From: Octopus vulgaris
Lineage: Eukaryota
DNA: 64,000 nucleotides
Reading direction: 5' to 3'
Assembly (NCBI GenBank): GCA_951406725.2
Contig: OX597829.1
Location: 45,198,001-45,262,000 of the forward strand
Made by a program: the position numbers and the translations under genes. A model generated the notes under the pieces. The model was not told the DNA's origin, searched no databases, and saw nothing but the letters and a program-made list of their open reading frames with translations. Below are positions 14,011-27,307 of the stretch, piece after piece. Position 1 is the first letter of the stretch, and every line of letters begins with the position of its first letter.

Positions 14011-14266
14011 TACCTAAACCAGAGATAACCCTTTGATTTATATATAGGAAATCCAATTTTCAAAGACATTGATAATGTAAATGCATGCCTTTATGGTTAG
14101 TCTCAGAAAACTGTGGTATTTCCATTATGTTTTGGGTTTTTAATTACTCTGTAGTATCATCTTCTTTTTGTATTGATTCTTCCATTTCTGCATGGGATCT
14201 TTGAAATGCCTCCATAGATTTGTGAAAACTTCCCTTTTTTTATTTTTTCTTATTTGCATGTAGTTA

Positions 14267-14684
14267 CTGTAATCCCTCGATTATCACAGGTATTATGTTC
14301 CAAAACACCCCATGATAGGTGAAAATCCACAAAGTAGAAACAGTACTATACTGTGTATTTTTTTATTATTATTACTTTTATAATTTCTATATATTTATTT
14401 CCTTATAAATGCAAAACAACACCATGGAGGAACCAACGTAAGCTTAAATAATAAAGGGAAAGTTTACGAAAAAAAGCAAAAGACTAAGACAGGTGGTGTA
14501 CAAAACAAATAGATGTATTAGTATAACGCTCAGGAATAGAAAAAGTCTTTTACGTTTCGAGCCTATGCTCTTCTACAGAAAGGGACACAGAAAGAAACAA
14601 AGAGAGAAAAAAATTGTGTGTAGTGGCTAACGATCTAAATAGTAAACCGTGATAGGTGAACCACCATATGATGAGAGATTACTG
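14267..14684. mobile_element. pogo/Tigger-like MITE interrupted by a hammerhead-bearing repeat (14445-14640)
   Basis: TA|CTGTAATCCCTCG ... GAGAGATTACTG|TA terminal inverted repeats with TA flanks. Confidence 0.65.
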
Positions 14685-15335
14685 TATTCATAAATGTTGT
14701 TCTATTTCTACTGATAGCATCTTTTTATTATTGTACATTACAAATTTTGGTACATTCAATAGTGTATTCAGATTTTTATTTTTCTTATTTCTTTACTTTC
14801 TTCTTCTCTGTTAGTCTTACATCTCTTCAAGATGCTTCTGTATGACTGTTTGGTGTAGTGTAGACATAAGTTTATGACTCTCCAATGTATTGTTCCTTTG
14901 CTCCAGGCTATCTTTTAATTTTGCTTCTATTTTATTACAAAATTTGCTATTACTGGTTTAGGTGCATTAGTGGAAACTTAAGTTATATCTATTTTGCAAT
15001 AAATACAAACATGTTTACTCGTATGCTTTCTATAAATACTGAAGTCGAACATTTTAACCAAATAAAGCAATCATATCTCTGCAATATGTTTCTTGTTGTT
15101 ACAACAGTGAGGAGGGTCTTTTCAGAAAATAAAGCATGGCTTCTCCAACATATGTTGCAGTCATTTTATCATTATTATTAATAGTTGTACAAGTAATATT
15201 AGTATTCTATCGAGATTGACTTTGCCCTTCACCCTTTCAGGGTCACTGAAATAAGTATCACTTGGGCACTGGGGTTGATATATTCAATTAGGCCCCTTCC
15301 CCCAAATTTCAGGCCGTATGCCTCTAGTAGAAAGG

Positions 15336-15368
<33 letters not shown>

Positions 15369-15369
<1 letters not shown>

Positions 15370-16824
15370 GGTAGTTTTATTTTTATAGCGTGCTTTCACT
15401 TCACTACCGAGCACAGCTCTGTGTGCCTTGGGTATGTGCTGTGATTTGTTGTGATGCTCTGATGGTTATTGTATGGAAAGTGTTCTGCGTAGGATGTGTG
15501 CAGTGCCTAGTAGTGCAATTTTCTGAATATTTTTTTATCATGCCTAATGCACCTACTGTGTTTGTAAGTCTATTTCTTTTAGAGACACGTTGTCATCAGC
15601 CGGTATTGATACATCAATTAGAAAGCATTTTCTTTCTTCATGATCTCTGACAACTATATCTGGTCTGTTGGCCTTAATTTCTCTATCTGTGTGTATCGGC
15701 ATATCCCAGAGTATGGTTGCTTTCTCGTTTTCTGTGACCTTTTCTGGTGTGTGCCTATACCATCTTTTTTCTGTTGTTATTCCATAATGTTGGCATAGAT
15801 TCCAATGTATGTAGGTTCCAACTCTGTCATGTCTGTGAATATATTCCTTCTTAGCCAGGACTGGGCAGCTAGAGATAATATGATTTATTGTTTCTTGTTC
15901 ATCTCCACATATTCTGCAGTTACTTGTAATATTTCTTTTCATTACATGTTTTTGGTAATTTCTGGTGGGGAGGCTTTGGTCTTGTGCTGCAATTAAAAAT
16001 CCCTCTGTTTCTGCTTTGAGTCCTGAGCTTCTCAACCATTGCTGGGATTTTTCTTTGTCTATTTCTTTTGCGTTTAGTTTAGTGCAGTATTTACCATGAA
16101 GGGGCTTTTCTTGCCATCGTTTTATCATGGTTCGTTGCTGTTCTATTTTTAGTTTGGATTTCATTTGTTTTATAGCTTTTGTTGTTTCTTCATCTTCTTC
16201 TTCTTCTTCGTGTTTATTAGGTGGTATGATTTCTTGTTTGTATTTGTCAGCTTCCTTAAATACTGAGAACAGTTTTTTGTTTTGCTCGTGTTTTGCTGCT
16301 ATCTGGATCAGTTTTCCTTCCTTCTGAAGTAGATATTTTTGCAGTCCTATGGTGGTTATTTTATAGTAGTTTTCCAGCTGTATAAGGCCTCTACCACCTT
16401 CTATACGTTGTATATATAGTCTTTCTATGTCAGATTTTGGGTGATGCATCCTAGATCCTGTCAGTATTTTTCTTGTTTTCCTATCTATTTCGGACAGTTC
16501 ATTTCGTGTCCAGTTAAGGATATTGTAGCTGTAACTTATAACTGGGACAGCTAAAGTGTTGATACCTATTATCTTGTTTTTAGCATTGAGCTCTGTTTTT
16601 AGTATTGATCTAACTCGTCTATAATATTCTTTTTTTATTTTCTCTTTCATTTGTGTGTGTTGTGTCTTATCTAGTTCATGGATTCCTAAGTATTTGTAAG
16701 TTTGGCTTTGGTCTAATTCTTTTATTTCATTGGTTTTATCTAGTGTGATGTTGTTACTCTTAACTAGTTTTCCTCTTTTCATGGTTACTTTGGCGCATTT
16801 TTCTAATCCAAATTTCATATCTAT
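15369..16824 (-). mobile_element. 5'-truncated R4/Dong-clade non-LTR retrotransposon (RT C-terminus, CCHC knuckle, restriction-like endonuclease)
   Basis: 421-aa ORF 15553-16818 with MKFGLEKCA, YKYLGI, GGRGL, CRICGDEQETINHIISSC, RHDRVG, ILWD and RPDIV..IDV. The 3' end has internal deletions. Both ends abut (TAT)n. Confidence 0.92.
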
Positions 16825-17091
16825 TATTATGATTATTATTATTATTATGATTATTATTAAAATGGTGAAGTGGTAGAATCATTAGCTCACCTGGCAAAAT
16901 GCTTAGTGGCACTTCGTCTGTCTTTTTGTTCTGAGTTCAAATTTCGCCAAGGTCAATTTTGCCTTTCATCCTTTTGGGGTCAATGAAATAAGTACCAGTC
17001 AGGTATTGAGGTCGATGTAATCAACCATCTCCCTCCCCTCAAATTCCGGACATTGTAGCCATAGTAGAAAGGATTGTTGTTATTATTATTA

Positions 17092-17325
17092 TCCTTATTC
17101 ATATACACTCAACAAATTCAACTGTTGGAAAAGAAAAGAATCCTAACATTGGGCTACAACAAGTAACCTTAGATGCCAAAAACCCTCCTAAGTACCCTAG
17201 CTGTCCCTAATAACACTTTTTTCTGGAGCTGTACTAAACTGGGTTTTATGCCTATCTCCTCTATCCATCTGTTCAGATCTTTAGGGATAGTTCCCAAAGC
17301 AACTATAACTACTGGGATACATTTC
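17092..17325 (-). mobile_element. Very short 3' end of a third R4/Dong-like element
   Basis: Minus frame reads CIPVVIVALGTIPKDLNRWIEEIGIKPSLVQLQKKVLLGTARVLRRVFGI*. Flanked by tat repeats. Confidence 0.75.
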
Positions 17326-17802
17326 TATTATTATCATCATTATTATTTTTTTTTTATCATTTCATTATAGGTAACCCCCCCCATACCTTATGTCTGTCTC
17401 TGTATTGTCTCCCTCATCCTTCACCCTTGTAGCAAATAAATGAAATCATTATTATTGTTTTTATTTTAACTTAGAGTTTGGTTGAAACTCTTGTGCAGCC
17501 AAAAAGGTGCTCTCAATCTCTTTTTTTCAATCCTCCTTTCTTCAGCCAATCCCACCTATGCTTTCCAGCAACTTTGGTTATGGTTACATGGAATTGTGTA
17601 ATCACTTGTGGCATACTGCTTCTTCTTCATGTCCCTTTTGTACTTCTTCCTTTGTTTTTCCCTTTTTCCCTGCTTTCAAAATGCCCTCATCCCTAACTGA
17701 CACGAACAAGTTTTCCTTACTTTGGGATAGCTAATTCAGTAAGTTCCCAAGTTCAATACATATGCAGTCTTCTACACTTATCAGTCCCCTTCCTCTATTT
17801 GC

Positions 17803-17880
17803 CTTCTTCTTCTTCTTCTTCTTCTTCTTCTTCTTCTTCTTCTTCTTCTTCTTCTTCTTCTTCTTCTTCTTCTTCTTCTT
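17803..17880. repeat. (CTT)n microsatellite upstream of the pore exon acceptor
   Basis: Directly visible pure trinucleotide run. Confidence 0.95.
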
Positions 17881-17959
17881 TAATATTATTATTTATCATC
17901 ATCATTGTCGTCGTCATTATTTATTGTTGTTATTATTATTTCTGTTTTTATTTTTTCAG

Positions 17960-18155
17960 GCTTGGGGCTAGTTATGGAACTCTGTTCTGGTCGTTGTTTA
18001 GCTTAACTCAGCTAAAAGATATCAAGATTGAAGATGGACCGAAATTTACAGAATTAATGGGCGAAATCTTGTTCATGGCATACCATGCCATGGCTATCAT
18101 TGTTTTAATCAATATGTTAATTGCTATGATGTCAAATTCATATCAAGAAATTGAG
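17960..18155 (+). CDS. TRPC-family channel, pore helix and S6 exon
   Basis: TTTTTTCAG acceptor, GTAAGT donor at 18156. The first G completes AC|G (Thr) from the previous exon. Reads LGASYGTLFWSLFSLTQL..FTELMGEILFMAYHAMAIIVLINMLIAMMSNSYQEIE, with the LFW pore motif and the S6 LNMLIAMM-type motif. Confidence 0.95.
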
Positions 18156-18252
18156 GTAAGTCGACTTTGCTGTCAGTTTTTGTATGGTGGTGGTGGTGAT
18201 GGTAGTGGTGGTGATGGTGTTGGTGGTGGCTGTAGCATTGTTGACAACAGTT

Positions 18253-18707
18253 ATGTCATTGCCATCACCACCATCATCATCATCATTATCATCATCAACA
18301 TAACTATCACCATCATCATCAATAACATAACTATCACCATCATCATCAACATAATCGTCACCATCATCAACATAACCATCACCATCATCATCAACATAAC
18401 CATCACATCATCATCAACATAAATATCACCATCATCACCAACATAACCATCACCATCATCATCAACATAACCATTGTCATAGCCATTAGCAACATCAACA
18501 TAAATTTCACCATCAACCATTACCATCATCAACATCAACAACCATCATCATCATTATCATCATGAACATCACCATAACCATTAGCAACATCAACATAACT
18601 ATCACCATCATCATCATCAACATAACCATCACCATCATCAACATAACCATCATCATCATCAACATAACCATCACCATCATCAACATCATCATCATCTACA
18701 TCACCAT
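18253..18707. repeat. (CAT/CAC/CAA)-rich minisatellite built from AACATAACCATCACCATCATCATC-like units
   Basis: Directly visible. It gives spurious poly-I/T and poly-M ORFs. Confidence 0.9.
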
Positions 18708-20502
18708 CTCCTGTGATACAATCTTCCTATTTTAAATTTATCTAAATTTAAAACCTTTCACCAAAATTCCATGTTAATTTATGTCTCAAAACTCTAGCTT
18801 AATAGTGACAAAGTTATTTTACTAAATTCCTCATTATTTTGAAAATTAATTGAAAGAAAAGCAGTTGCTTTTCAGCAGCAATATGGTAACAAAAGAGTTA
18901 AAATTATTTAAATTAAAGACTTTTATCAAAATTTTATGATAATTTGTGTCCTAAACCCTAGCTTCATATTAACAGTTATTTTACTAAATTCTAGATTATT
19001 TTCAAAATTAATTGATACAATGTGTATTTCAACAGAAATATGATAACAGAAGAGTTAAGGTGATCTAAATTAAAACCTTTCATTAGAATTTCACTTTAAT
19101 TAGTGTCCAAAACACTAGTTTAATATGACGGTTGTTACACTAAAATTTTCATTATTTTCATAATTAATAGAAATAAAAGCATTGTATTTCAACTGTAAAA
19201 TGATAACAAAAGGAAATAAATATTAAATGTTCTATATTGAAATATACATTTTTGGAACTTTTACCATTTGAATTTGGATATTAAAAAGGTCATAAAGAAA
19301 TATCAATTTTGCAAACAGATCATGATGGCAAATTGAGGAACTCTTCGTATGTACAAACAAAAGTTTTTTAAAAAAAAGTAAACAATGCACTGCAGCAGAC
19401 ATTATTTCCCAGCATGGTAACTGTATGGTAAGAAGTTTGCTTCCCAACCACATGGTTCCAAGTTCAGTTCTCATAGTGCCAGGTTGACTAATGTCCTGTA
19501 AGCAAATTTTTATAAAAATTTCATGTTAATTTATATTCCAACCCTAGCATCATCGTGACAGTTATTTTACTAAATTCTTCATTATTATCAAAATTAATTA
19601 AAGCAATGTGTATTTCAACAGAAATATGGTAACTGCCTTCTACTTCAGTCCTGGGGCCAACCAAACTTGTGTAAATGGATTTGGTAGAGGGAAACTGAAA
19701 GAATTTTCTTTATATATCATAAATTTCTTATCTTTTACTTATTTCAATCATTAGACTGTGGCCATGCAAGGGCACTGCCTTGAAGAATTTTTAGTCAAAT
19801 GAATTGTACCCAGTAAATATTATTTTAAAACCTGGTACTTACTCTATCAGCCTCTTTTGCTGAACTGCTAAGTTACAGGAACAAAAACACACCAACATCA
19901 TTTGTTAAGCAGTAGTGGGAGTACAAACACACACACATACATATATACTGCTTGGAGACGCAAGGCATGTTATAAAAATCAGCCTAAACACATGTCTTCA
20001 CAGCAAGAAACTCTTATTTTTATATTGTGTATATGATGGGCTTCCACACAGTTTCTTTGTAAAAAAAATTAAAATTTTGCTTTACGAGGTGTTAGTCAAC
20101 CTGGTGCTGTAGTAGAAGACACTTTTCCAGCAGTAGAACTGAACCTAGAACCAACTTGTTACAAACCACATGACTATGTCTGTGCTGAGTAATATGTATA
20201 TAATTTTTAATGTGTTCATAGGCTTGAGAACAGCAGATGTAAGTACAACCCCCTAAAATATTTGTTGGGGCAATGAAAAATGCTTCAAAGATCCTTCTGA
20301 AAAACTGGATTTGCACACCCTAAGCAAATTTCATTCCTGCATTTTATATAAATGTTTCTAATTTTTTAAGGAACTATGCACTTTGTTCACCAAAGTAAAT
20401 TTGTCTTTCAACAATAATTTCTTTACATGCTTTTAAATGATACAAATCTTTAATTTTTTTTTTCTTTTCTTTTCTTTTTCTCTCTCTCTATTTCTTTCAA
20501 AG

Positions 20503-20715
20503 AATCATGCTGATATGGAGTGGAAGTTTGCCCGATCCAAACTTTGGATGGGCTATTTTGATGAAGGTTCAACATTACCACCTCCATTCAACCTAATAAT
20601 AAGTCCTAAATCTGTATATTATTTTCTACGCATCATTAAACAACTTATTTGTCGATGTGTAACACACAACAAGCATCGTAAACCAAGAAGGAAATCTGTT
20701 GAAGGCACTATCAAG
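20503..20715 (+). CDS. TRPC-family channel, TRP-box exon
   Basis: Long pyrimidine tract and AAG acceptor, GTACGG donor at 20716, phase 0/0. Reads [37 protein letters not shown]..., containing TRP box EWKFAR and LPPPFN. Confidence 0.95.
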
Positions 20716-23677
20716 GTACGGATCACACAACGATTAAGGGGAAAATTTCCTCTTGGTGTACTCATCTATTGAAATCTTACTTTTGTTTATTTGATGTATT
20801 GTTTTAAATATTCTTTGAGGACTCAACTAAAATCATTACAATTCTATATTTCCAAAACGAGGAATTCTTATACTATGTATTAGTCAGATTGGTGTCCTCA
20901 TTTTAGTTATTGCTTTCCGCTACGTTTCACCTGCTGTATGCTCCAGCCTTTTTTTTAGGTGCTTGTGATTCACTTTACTGAATTACCTGAGATTGAACCC
21001 AGGTGCTTTAGGTGACTGCACTGCATTAAGAAGACACTTGAAGAAGGCTGGAGAGTACACAGCCAAAATGTAGTGAAAGCAAAAACCAAGATGAGGACAC
21101 CATTCTGACTAAAACATAATATAAATCATTACAGTATTTAGTTTCATATGTGTTCAAATCATGATATGGTTCTCTATATTTTGTTGATTAATTTTTTTTT
21201 AACCCCTGTAGTTCATAAGATAAATACCAATTACAAATTATGGTCCTTTCCATTAACTATATGTTTCCTTGAGAAAATATTTGGCCTTGTGCCTCTTCAA
21301 AAGTCAATATTTATTGGCCTCATACAGAATTATGATTCCCAAATGTTGGCAGCATGTTTTCTAATGTCTGGTTATCGGATATATATTTTTAACTTCAATT
21401 ATACTGCTAATATCTTTCACAAAAGGCAAGAAGGATATTCAGTCTTATTATTTTCTTTCTATACTAAGGTAGCAAGCTGGTAAAATCATTAGTACACCAA
21501 CTACCAATTCTTTACATTCTCAGTTCAAATGCTGCGATGGCTGGCTTTGTTTTTCATCCTTTTGGGGTTGATAAAAAAAGTACCAGTTGAGCACTGGGGT
21601 TAATATAATCAATTTTCTTCCTCCCCTCAAAATTCCTAGCCTCATACCAAACTTAGAAAGAATTATTCTTCTCTTACAATTAGGTTTCTTGTGCCTATAA
21701 AATAAAACATTTGCTAACCTAGTGTTGCAATCCTTGTACAATTGAGATAAACTTTTCATGATGTTTTGGTCATTGAAAATGTACAAGTGACCAACAATCT
21801 CATTTCTTTACCTCTCTGCCCCTTGGTGAAAAAGTATATATATAGTTTCAGTTAGAAAACTCTGAGTTCTGTCTGCATTCAATGAACTATTTCTGCAATC
21901 CTAGTCTGGTTTATGGTTTTTAATTATTATCACTTCGTTAAAATGGGCAAATGGATCTTTCAGACAACCTTAAGTGTAATCAAATCTCATTTAGTTTCTT
22001 CCGTGAAGAAGGAGTCTTGTGCTTACAGAAAAAAGAATTCAATATTCATTAAAATATTGAGTCACGATATCTGAGGTGTACAGACAAGCTTATATCAGTC
22101 CATATACAAGACTCAGTTTCAATACTCAACTCAAAGTCCTGAGTTCAACTACTGATTGGGTTAACTTTGAAACTATTTGCATTCCATTATGCTGTGCATA
22201 ATTCTAGAAACAGAAAAATAGGCTTAAATACATGTACTTTAAGAAATCATCATTGTGATAATCCAATAAGAAGGGAAAAAAATTATCATTTTATGGAACC
22301 TTTCCCAGATTAAATGATGGAGTTGTTTTTATCCCTGATTGATCTTGATTGGATCTGTGAATGACCAAAACAAATTTTATCCATGACTTGCCAATCTTTT
22401 CTTAAAAATATTGCATACTCAGAGCCGGCAGAATCAGTAGCAAGCCTGACAAAATGCTTAACTACATTTCATCCCCCCACTCATGTTCTGAGTTCAAATT
22501 CTGCTGAGGTCAACTTTGCCTTTCATTCTTTCAGGGTCAATGAAATAAATACCAGTTAGGCACTGGGGTTGATGTCATTGACTAACCCCCCACCCACAAA
22601 ATATCAGGCTTCATGCCTATATTAGAAAGGATTATTATCCTATGTGTCTTTGTTTAAAAACGGTGTAATTTGAAAAAAATTTGGCTGCTATTTCTCACAT
22701 GTCAAGCAACTACATAGAGGTTCCTCATTTTATAAAACAGTAGCAGGGGATGTCATTGTTTGTCAAAAAACTTTACCCAGACTTGTACCTAAGAGGATAA
22801 TTTTCTAGGTACAATCCTATGACACCCACAACCAAAGGGGGGTCTTTTACCATTTATAACAGACAAAACATATTTTCCCATTGAACTCTATGCTTAACTT
22901 CCATGTTAGATAGAAGTAAAGAAAAAAAGTCTAAAAGCTTCTTGTTATGGGACACATTGTTACAACTTACAAGATTTTCAAAAGTACAAAACTCACATGC
23001 ATACTACACTTTCCAATACTCCATTACTGAAAGTTGTTGTTTCAAGAACTAAATATACTTACCTGAAGAGCAAGACATAATTAAAATACATTATAAAACC
23101 TTTGAGATAAAAATTAATAATGCACTGCCCCAACCTTTTCCATTTATTGTCTTTCAAAGCATGTTAAGTGATTTACATTTAACACACTGGATTATCCTGT
23201 TTAGCTGCTGGACCGACGAGATTTTAAAAACGTTGACTTAAAATAATTATGAGACAACAAAGTGCCAGAGAAATGCATGGTCAGAACGTTCAAGACACAA
23301 CCACATGGCATCCCTATTGATCCCTCACCTACATTGCACCTAAGACATGACATGCGTCTTCCACTACAACAATACAGTAGGACGGAATTTACGTGATGGA
23401 AACTGTGCACATTTCAGTCATATAATATATAAATATTATACAAATAAACATATATATATATATATAAATACAATAAGAGCTTCCAAATAGGAAAGCGTTG
23501 TGCTAGAAAGAGCAGTAGAAATCTCAAAAACCACAAAAAAAGGATAAATTCTCGAAAGGAATTCTATATGAATAATATATAGTCTAATGACTAATTCATT
23601 TTTTTGTGCTAGGCCACTGGTAATAATAATTTATTATTACCCTATGTATATGTTTTATATATATATATATATGTATG

Positions 23678-23721
<44 letters not shown>

Positions 23722-24430
23722 TATATGCATACATACATATAAATATATATATACAATATACATACATGCATACATACATACATATATATATATATATAGA
23801 TATGTGTATATATATATACACAAACACACACACATTGTGTTTTCTGCTACAGCCACCAGCTGCCAAACCCTAGTGAGTGGATTTGGCAGACATCAATGTA
23901 GGTAGTGTCTCATCCAGTGTCTGATGTGAATAAGATACATTACTACATATACTGAGATTCTCTTGTTGCCCATAAAGTGCTTATAATCTCAACAAACACT
24001 GCAGAGTTCCTCATGTAGATCCAGTGACAATTATATCATTACTGTGGGTGACATCAGGTAGCCTAAGCAGTGGAAGTGCTTTAATCGGCATACTACTAGA
24101 CATATACCCAAAGTCCAAATAATTACCTATATATAAATATACACACTCATAATAAGCATATACATATATATAAACTAGCACACACACACACACACACATA
24201 TATAATCACTCAGTGATTGATAAGTCCTAAAAGAAGTACACTCTAAATTTTAGAGCAGTGGTAATTAATATAGTTGTTCATTGTGGCAGGTCAGGGAGTT
24301 ACCATTGGTTTTGCACCTATACTGATAAGATTTCTATACTTGTAAAACCAATGTTGATTCCGAAACTGGCCATAACCAGCAAATATATTATTAATACAAA
24401 ATATATATAAACATATACACAGTGTGTGTG

Positions 24431-24462
<32 letters not shown>

Positions 24463-27307
24463 CATACATACATACATACATCTACATGCACACACAGACA
24501 CACGCACGCGTGTGTGTGTGTATGTGCATACATGTTTGCCAAAGTATATTGGTGGAAGAATCCAAAAGCCAATGCTCTTTGAACAAAATCCTTTTGTGGC
24601 AATTTTTTTTGTTCTGCAAATATGCAGTGAACCAGTGATTGATCACTTTCAGACATATAGCCAATAATGTTATGGCTTACCAATTCCAATATACAGAAAG
24701 GAAGACTAAGATGGGGCTCTCGTACCAGATTTCCAATACACTACTTCTCTATGAAAACAAATTACTTGACATTGATTACCAAGTAAAAACAGAGAATAGA
24801 GAAACTAGCAAATAGAAAACTGTTGGGTTTATTATTAGTTTCCACATTGCTACATAAAAATGATATTAATATATGCAAATTATATGGAGTAAACTGGCAG
24901 AATCATTACCATACCAGACAAAATACTTCGCAGCATTTGTCCCTCTAACTTTACATTCTGAGTTCAAATTTCACCTATGTCAATTTCGTCTTTCATCTTT
25001 TGAAGGGTCAACAAAATAAGTACTAGATAAGCATGTGGGGAGGGGGTTGATGTAATCGACTAGCCCCTAATTCCCACTAAATTTCAGGCCTTGTGCCTAT
25101 AACAGGAAGATTTATATGTGTGCTGTACCATAAGCATGAAAGAAATATTTTGTAATTGTCCTTTAAGAGGTTAATATCATTTTCAAATATTGTGAACAGG
25201 TGATGTTGGGTTACAGATATCTCATTGATCCTAGTTTATAAGGAATAAGTGCCAAATATTCTGGAAAGGTAACTAGCAATATACTGGACTAATCCAAATG
25301 GAAATTTTGATCTTTTACCTTTCTGGGTTTTGTATTGTTTGTTTTTTATTTATCTTTTTTTTTCTTTGGATATCTGCTTTTAAGTTTGGGATTATCTCCT
25401 AGTTATACAGATATCTGAAAAAAAAATCAGTTCTTTTCAATATGTGTGTGTGTAGCTATAGTTAGGTATTGATGTGAATATGTGACAATAATTCAAAAAT
25501 CCATGCAAGTTATATTTGCATTACTTTTTGACTTATTTCTGTGTATATGAAGCTAAGATAAAAAATAATGCTAATAAACCTTGCATTACTTTCTGACTCA
25601 GCTGTGTGCATGTTTTGTGTGTCCCTTGAGAGTCCTCACAACCACTATTTTATCTCCCCTTATCAGTGTCAACCCAATTACTCCCCACCATCATTTCTCT
25701 ACAATGCAAAACCCAGTTTTGTTCTGGTTCCTTCTTTCATACTTCATCATCTCATCTCATCTAGCACAAAGCCACCTACTGTAGTCACCAATTAGTCAAA
25801 GTATTATCTTAGTCTTGCAAGCTGCATGGTCACCTCACAAGTGCACTGACCACTGAAAAAAAAAAGCACCCAGTACACTCTACTATAAAGTAATTGGCAT
25901 TGGAAAGGGTACCTAGCCATAGAAACCCTACCAAAGCACACACTGGAATATGTTGCATACTAGCATAGAAGATCTTTTTATGTTATTTTATTTTTTTTTA
26001 CTACAGCCATACTCGGGCACTGTCTTGAAGAATTTCTAGTTAAATAAATCAGACCTGGTACATTTTTTCCTTTCTTAAGCCAGGTTCTTATTTTATTGGT
26101 CTCTTTTGCTGTACTGCTGAGTTACAAAAACATAAACACACCACCATACATTGTCAAGCAGTGGTGACAAATACAACACACACACAGACACACCAACACA
26201 TACACACATGCACACATATATTTGATAATTTGATAGGCTTCTTTCAGTTTCTGTCTGCCAAATCCACTCACTAGGCCTTGGCCAGCTGGTGGCTATTGTA
26301 GAAAACACTTGCTATTCTGTGGAACTGAACCCAGAACCATGTGGTTGAGAAGCAAGCTTCTTACCATACAGATCAGCATTAAAAGATGATAATGATGTTG
26401 ATGTTGATGATGATATACATTTGCAAATGGTTCCTGGTGGTAGTCAGTGTTCCAGTCAAACCAAGAGATCTGTGCTTCCCTTGGGTTTTCAAATTGCTGT
26501 TACTGCCTAACTGTTGCAATCCTGACAGAAGAATAACAGTGGGGTTTTTTTGTGATTTGTGGGATTTGAACTCACTGCATGCACAGAGCAGGAGTAAATA
26601 CCAAAAGGTACCCAATTTTTGACACTCAAGTAATTTTGCCAGTCCACCAGTCCACCATTCTGGACTGATACTTTCTTTCTTCTCTTCATTCCCAAAAGGA
26701 TAAAAGACAGTTGACCTTGAAAGGTTTTTGAATAAAAAACACAAATGAAGTGAAACAAATACCACCAGGCATTTTATCCCGAACTCGAATGACTTTACCA
26801 AATCCCATCTCCTTTCTCTTTAAGTGGTATCTTTTATCTTTTACTTGTTACATTTATTGGACTGTGGCCATCCTGGGGCACTGCTTTGAAGGGTTTAATC
26901 GAACAAATCAACCCCAGTACTTATTTTTTTGTGAGTCTGGTACTTACTCAGTTAGTCTCTTTTGCTGAATTGCTAAGTTACGGTAATATAAACAAGCCAA
27001 CATCAGTTCGGAGCGGAGAGTGGGGGGGTAGATGCACAACATAAAGACAAACACAAACACAAAAACAAAACAAGGAGATAACCCCAATTGCATCAGTTGC
27101 TTAAATATTGGAACAATATTAGAGTAAATTTATTCTTTGAAACTAATTGGTGGAAATGACAGACATGTTTCTTCTTATTAGATTTTACATATGTTGCAAC
27201 CACCCTACCATATCTGTGCATTTAGTATGCATACTTCCCCCTTTGAGGGATTTTCTCTTGGCAACATCACTGATGTTCAAAATCAGGATCCCTATGCATT
27301 CCCACTT

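Noticed and set aside
17799-18422. 207-aa ORF as a single-exon gene
   Set aside because: Only 17960-18155 is the TRPC exon. The poly-Ser and poly-Ile/Thr flanks are intronic repeats.
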